Origin: Phoronis australis
Taxonomy: Eukaryota > Animalia > Phoronida
Direction of reading: 5' to 3'
Assembly (NCBI GenBank): GCA_002633005.1
Contig: NMRA01000471.1
Coordinates: 55,187-119,186, forward strand
DNA: 64,000 bases
Both the position numbers and the translations under genes were made by a program. Shown piece after piece: positions 62,820 through 64,000 of this stretch (the stretch's first letter is position 1; each line of letters opens with the position of its first letter). The notes beneath the pieces are model-generated. The model ran no database searches and was not told the DNA's origin. It saw only the letters and a list, made by a program, of their open reading frames with translations.

Positions 62820-64000
62820 CCGTAATCGTTCGGGTTAACGCCCCTGCTCAGTTAACCGCCCATCCCCAACTTTAAGTGGATTTTCGATTTAACCGCCCAC
62901 TGCTCGGTTAAGCGCCCCCCTGCGATTTTTGAAGATTTCCAGTTAAGCGCCCACCTCTCGGTTAAGCGCCCATCCCCGACTTTAAAGAATGAAGATTTAG
63001 CGCCTAGTGCTAAGGAAACGCGCGATTCCCCAACTTTTAGAAAAAGATCGATGATCACAATGAGTATGACGCCGGGACTCCGAGACGGTGGTTTAGCAAT
63101 CTGAATTACAATACAGGTAACGCGTTATTGTCTTGGGTGATGAACTCACTTCAAAATATAATACTTGAACCTTTTTGTCACTTTATTTTCTTCCCTTGTT
63201 TGCAAAGTTTAAGAACGCCGCCGGCGTCAAAACCTCCGCTTTCAGCGACTTAGTCTGCCGCGCTGAGTTCCCGTCTGCAGTGCACTAGATAAGACATATA
63301 TTCGAAAAAAATCAGGCCACAGAAATGTGACAATGGTTTTGCCAACCCCCCGAATTCTATTAGGGTGGGAAGCTCTCGTATTTTGAACAAATCTCACAAC
63401 TCACGGAAAGATGTCAAATTCTCAATATTTTGATAAATATAACTGCCGGGTTATAGAGGATGTGGGGCGACCGAAGGGACAGTACAAGTGCCTTACTGGG
63501 TTACCGATTTCGTTGCTGCCGGTTGATTTCTGAATTCAAACGTTGGCAATAATGTATGTTTGTGTATGATCTTGAAGTAATAAAAAACGGTTACTCAAAT
63601 TTTGTTTTTCGCTTATTGCATCTCCAGTCAAACTGGTTAGCAGATTTAACTAATGTCGCTGGCTGTTCTTTACTATTTCTTGTGTCAGCCCCCACGTAAG
63701 CGTGACTGTGTGAATTATCGTTTCCACATCCCCTTTTTAGCCATCCAGAACAATTTTGTTTATACATTGGCCATTTTCAGCCTGAACAAAAATTCTTACC
63801 ATTCGAGTCTGAAATATCTACGACGTAGACTGCTTGACGATAGTGGGTAGGAGGTTCATGCAGCTAGTTACAGGGATGGGCTTATAGGGAGCATCGAGCC
63901 GGGAAATATGGGAATAGACTTGACATCGCAGTTTTGGGGAACATTGGCAACGGAGGAATACCGTAAAGAACTGGGTCTTTCGTAACAACAGCTTAAAAGT
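62820..64000. mobile_element. Second copy of the same Tc1/pogo-type MITE, running off the window end
   Basis: TA|CCGTAATCGTTCGGGTTAACGCCC and ~400 bp colinear with 43033-43436. Confidence 0.85.

Overview
Eukaryotic (invertebrate animal, AT-rich, intron-rich; lophotrochozoan/mollusc-like by inference) genomic window with two N-gaps (11291-11651, 43437-44291). I reconstructed four spliced genes by hand from GT-AG boundaries and phase continuity. (1) The last two exons of a MYT1/MYT1L/ST18-family gene (+, ends 3122). (2) A complete PCMTD1/2-like gene (-, 4 coding exons, 19464->9922, ~549 aa, split SOCS box with a long acidic insert). (3) A complete L3MBTL1/3/4-like gene (+, 18 coding exons, 36571->55206, ~906 aa: FCS finger, 3 MBT repeats, 2 MYT1-type CCHHC fingers, AT-hook, SAM). 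(4) The last three exons of an NDUFA11-like gene (-, 61315->59402). The non-coding DNA holds Helentron-type HINEs packed with CTCF-like motifs, pogo/Tc1-like, Harbinger-like and hAT5/hAT6-like MITEs, a decayed DNA transposon, tRNA-like relics, many minisatellites and two probable assembly duplications. Highlights: the MYT1-PCMTD(-L3MBTL) microsynteny, which mirrors vertebrate MYT1-PCMTD2 and ST18-PCMTD1; a 53-bp minisatellite that copies a splice acceptor 17 times; and TE-borne CTCF-motif arrays. No prokaryotic-type system (CRISPR etc.) is present.
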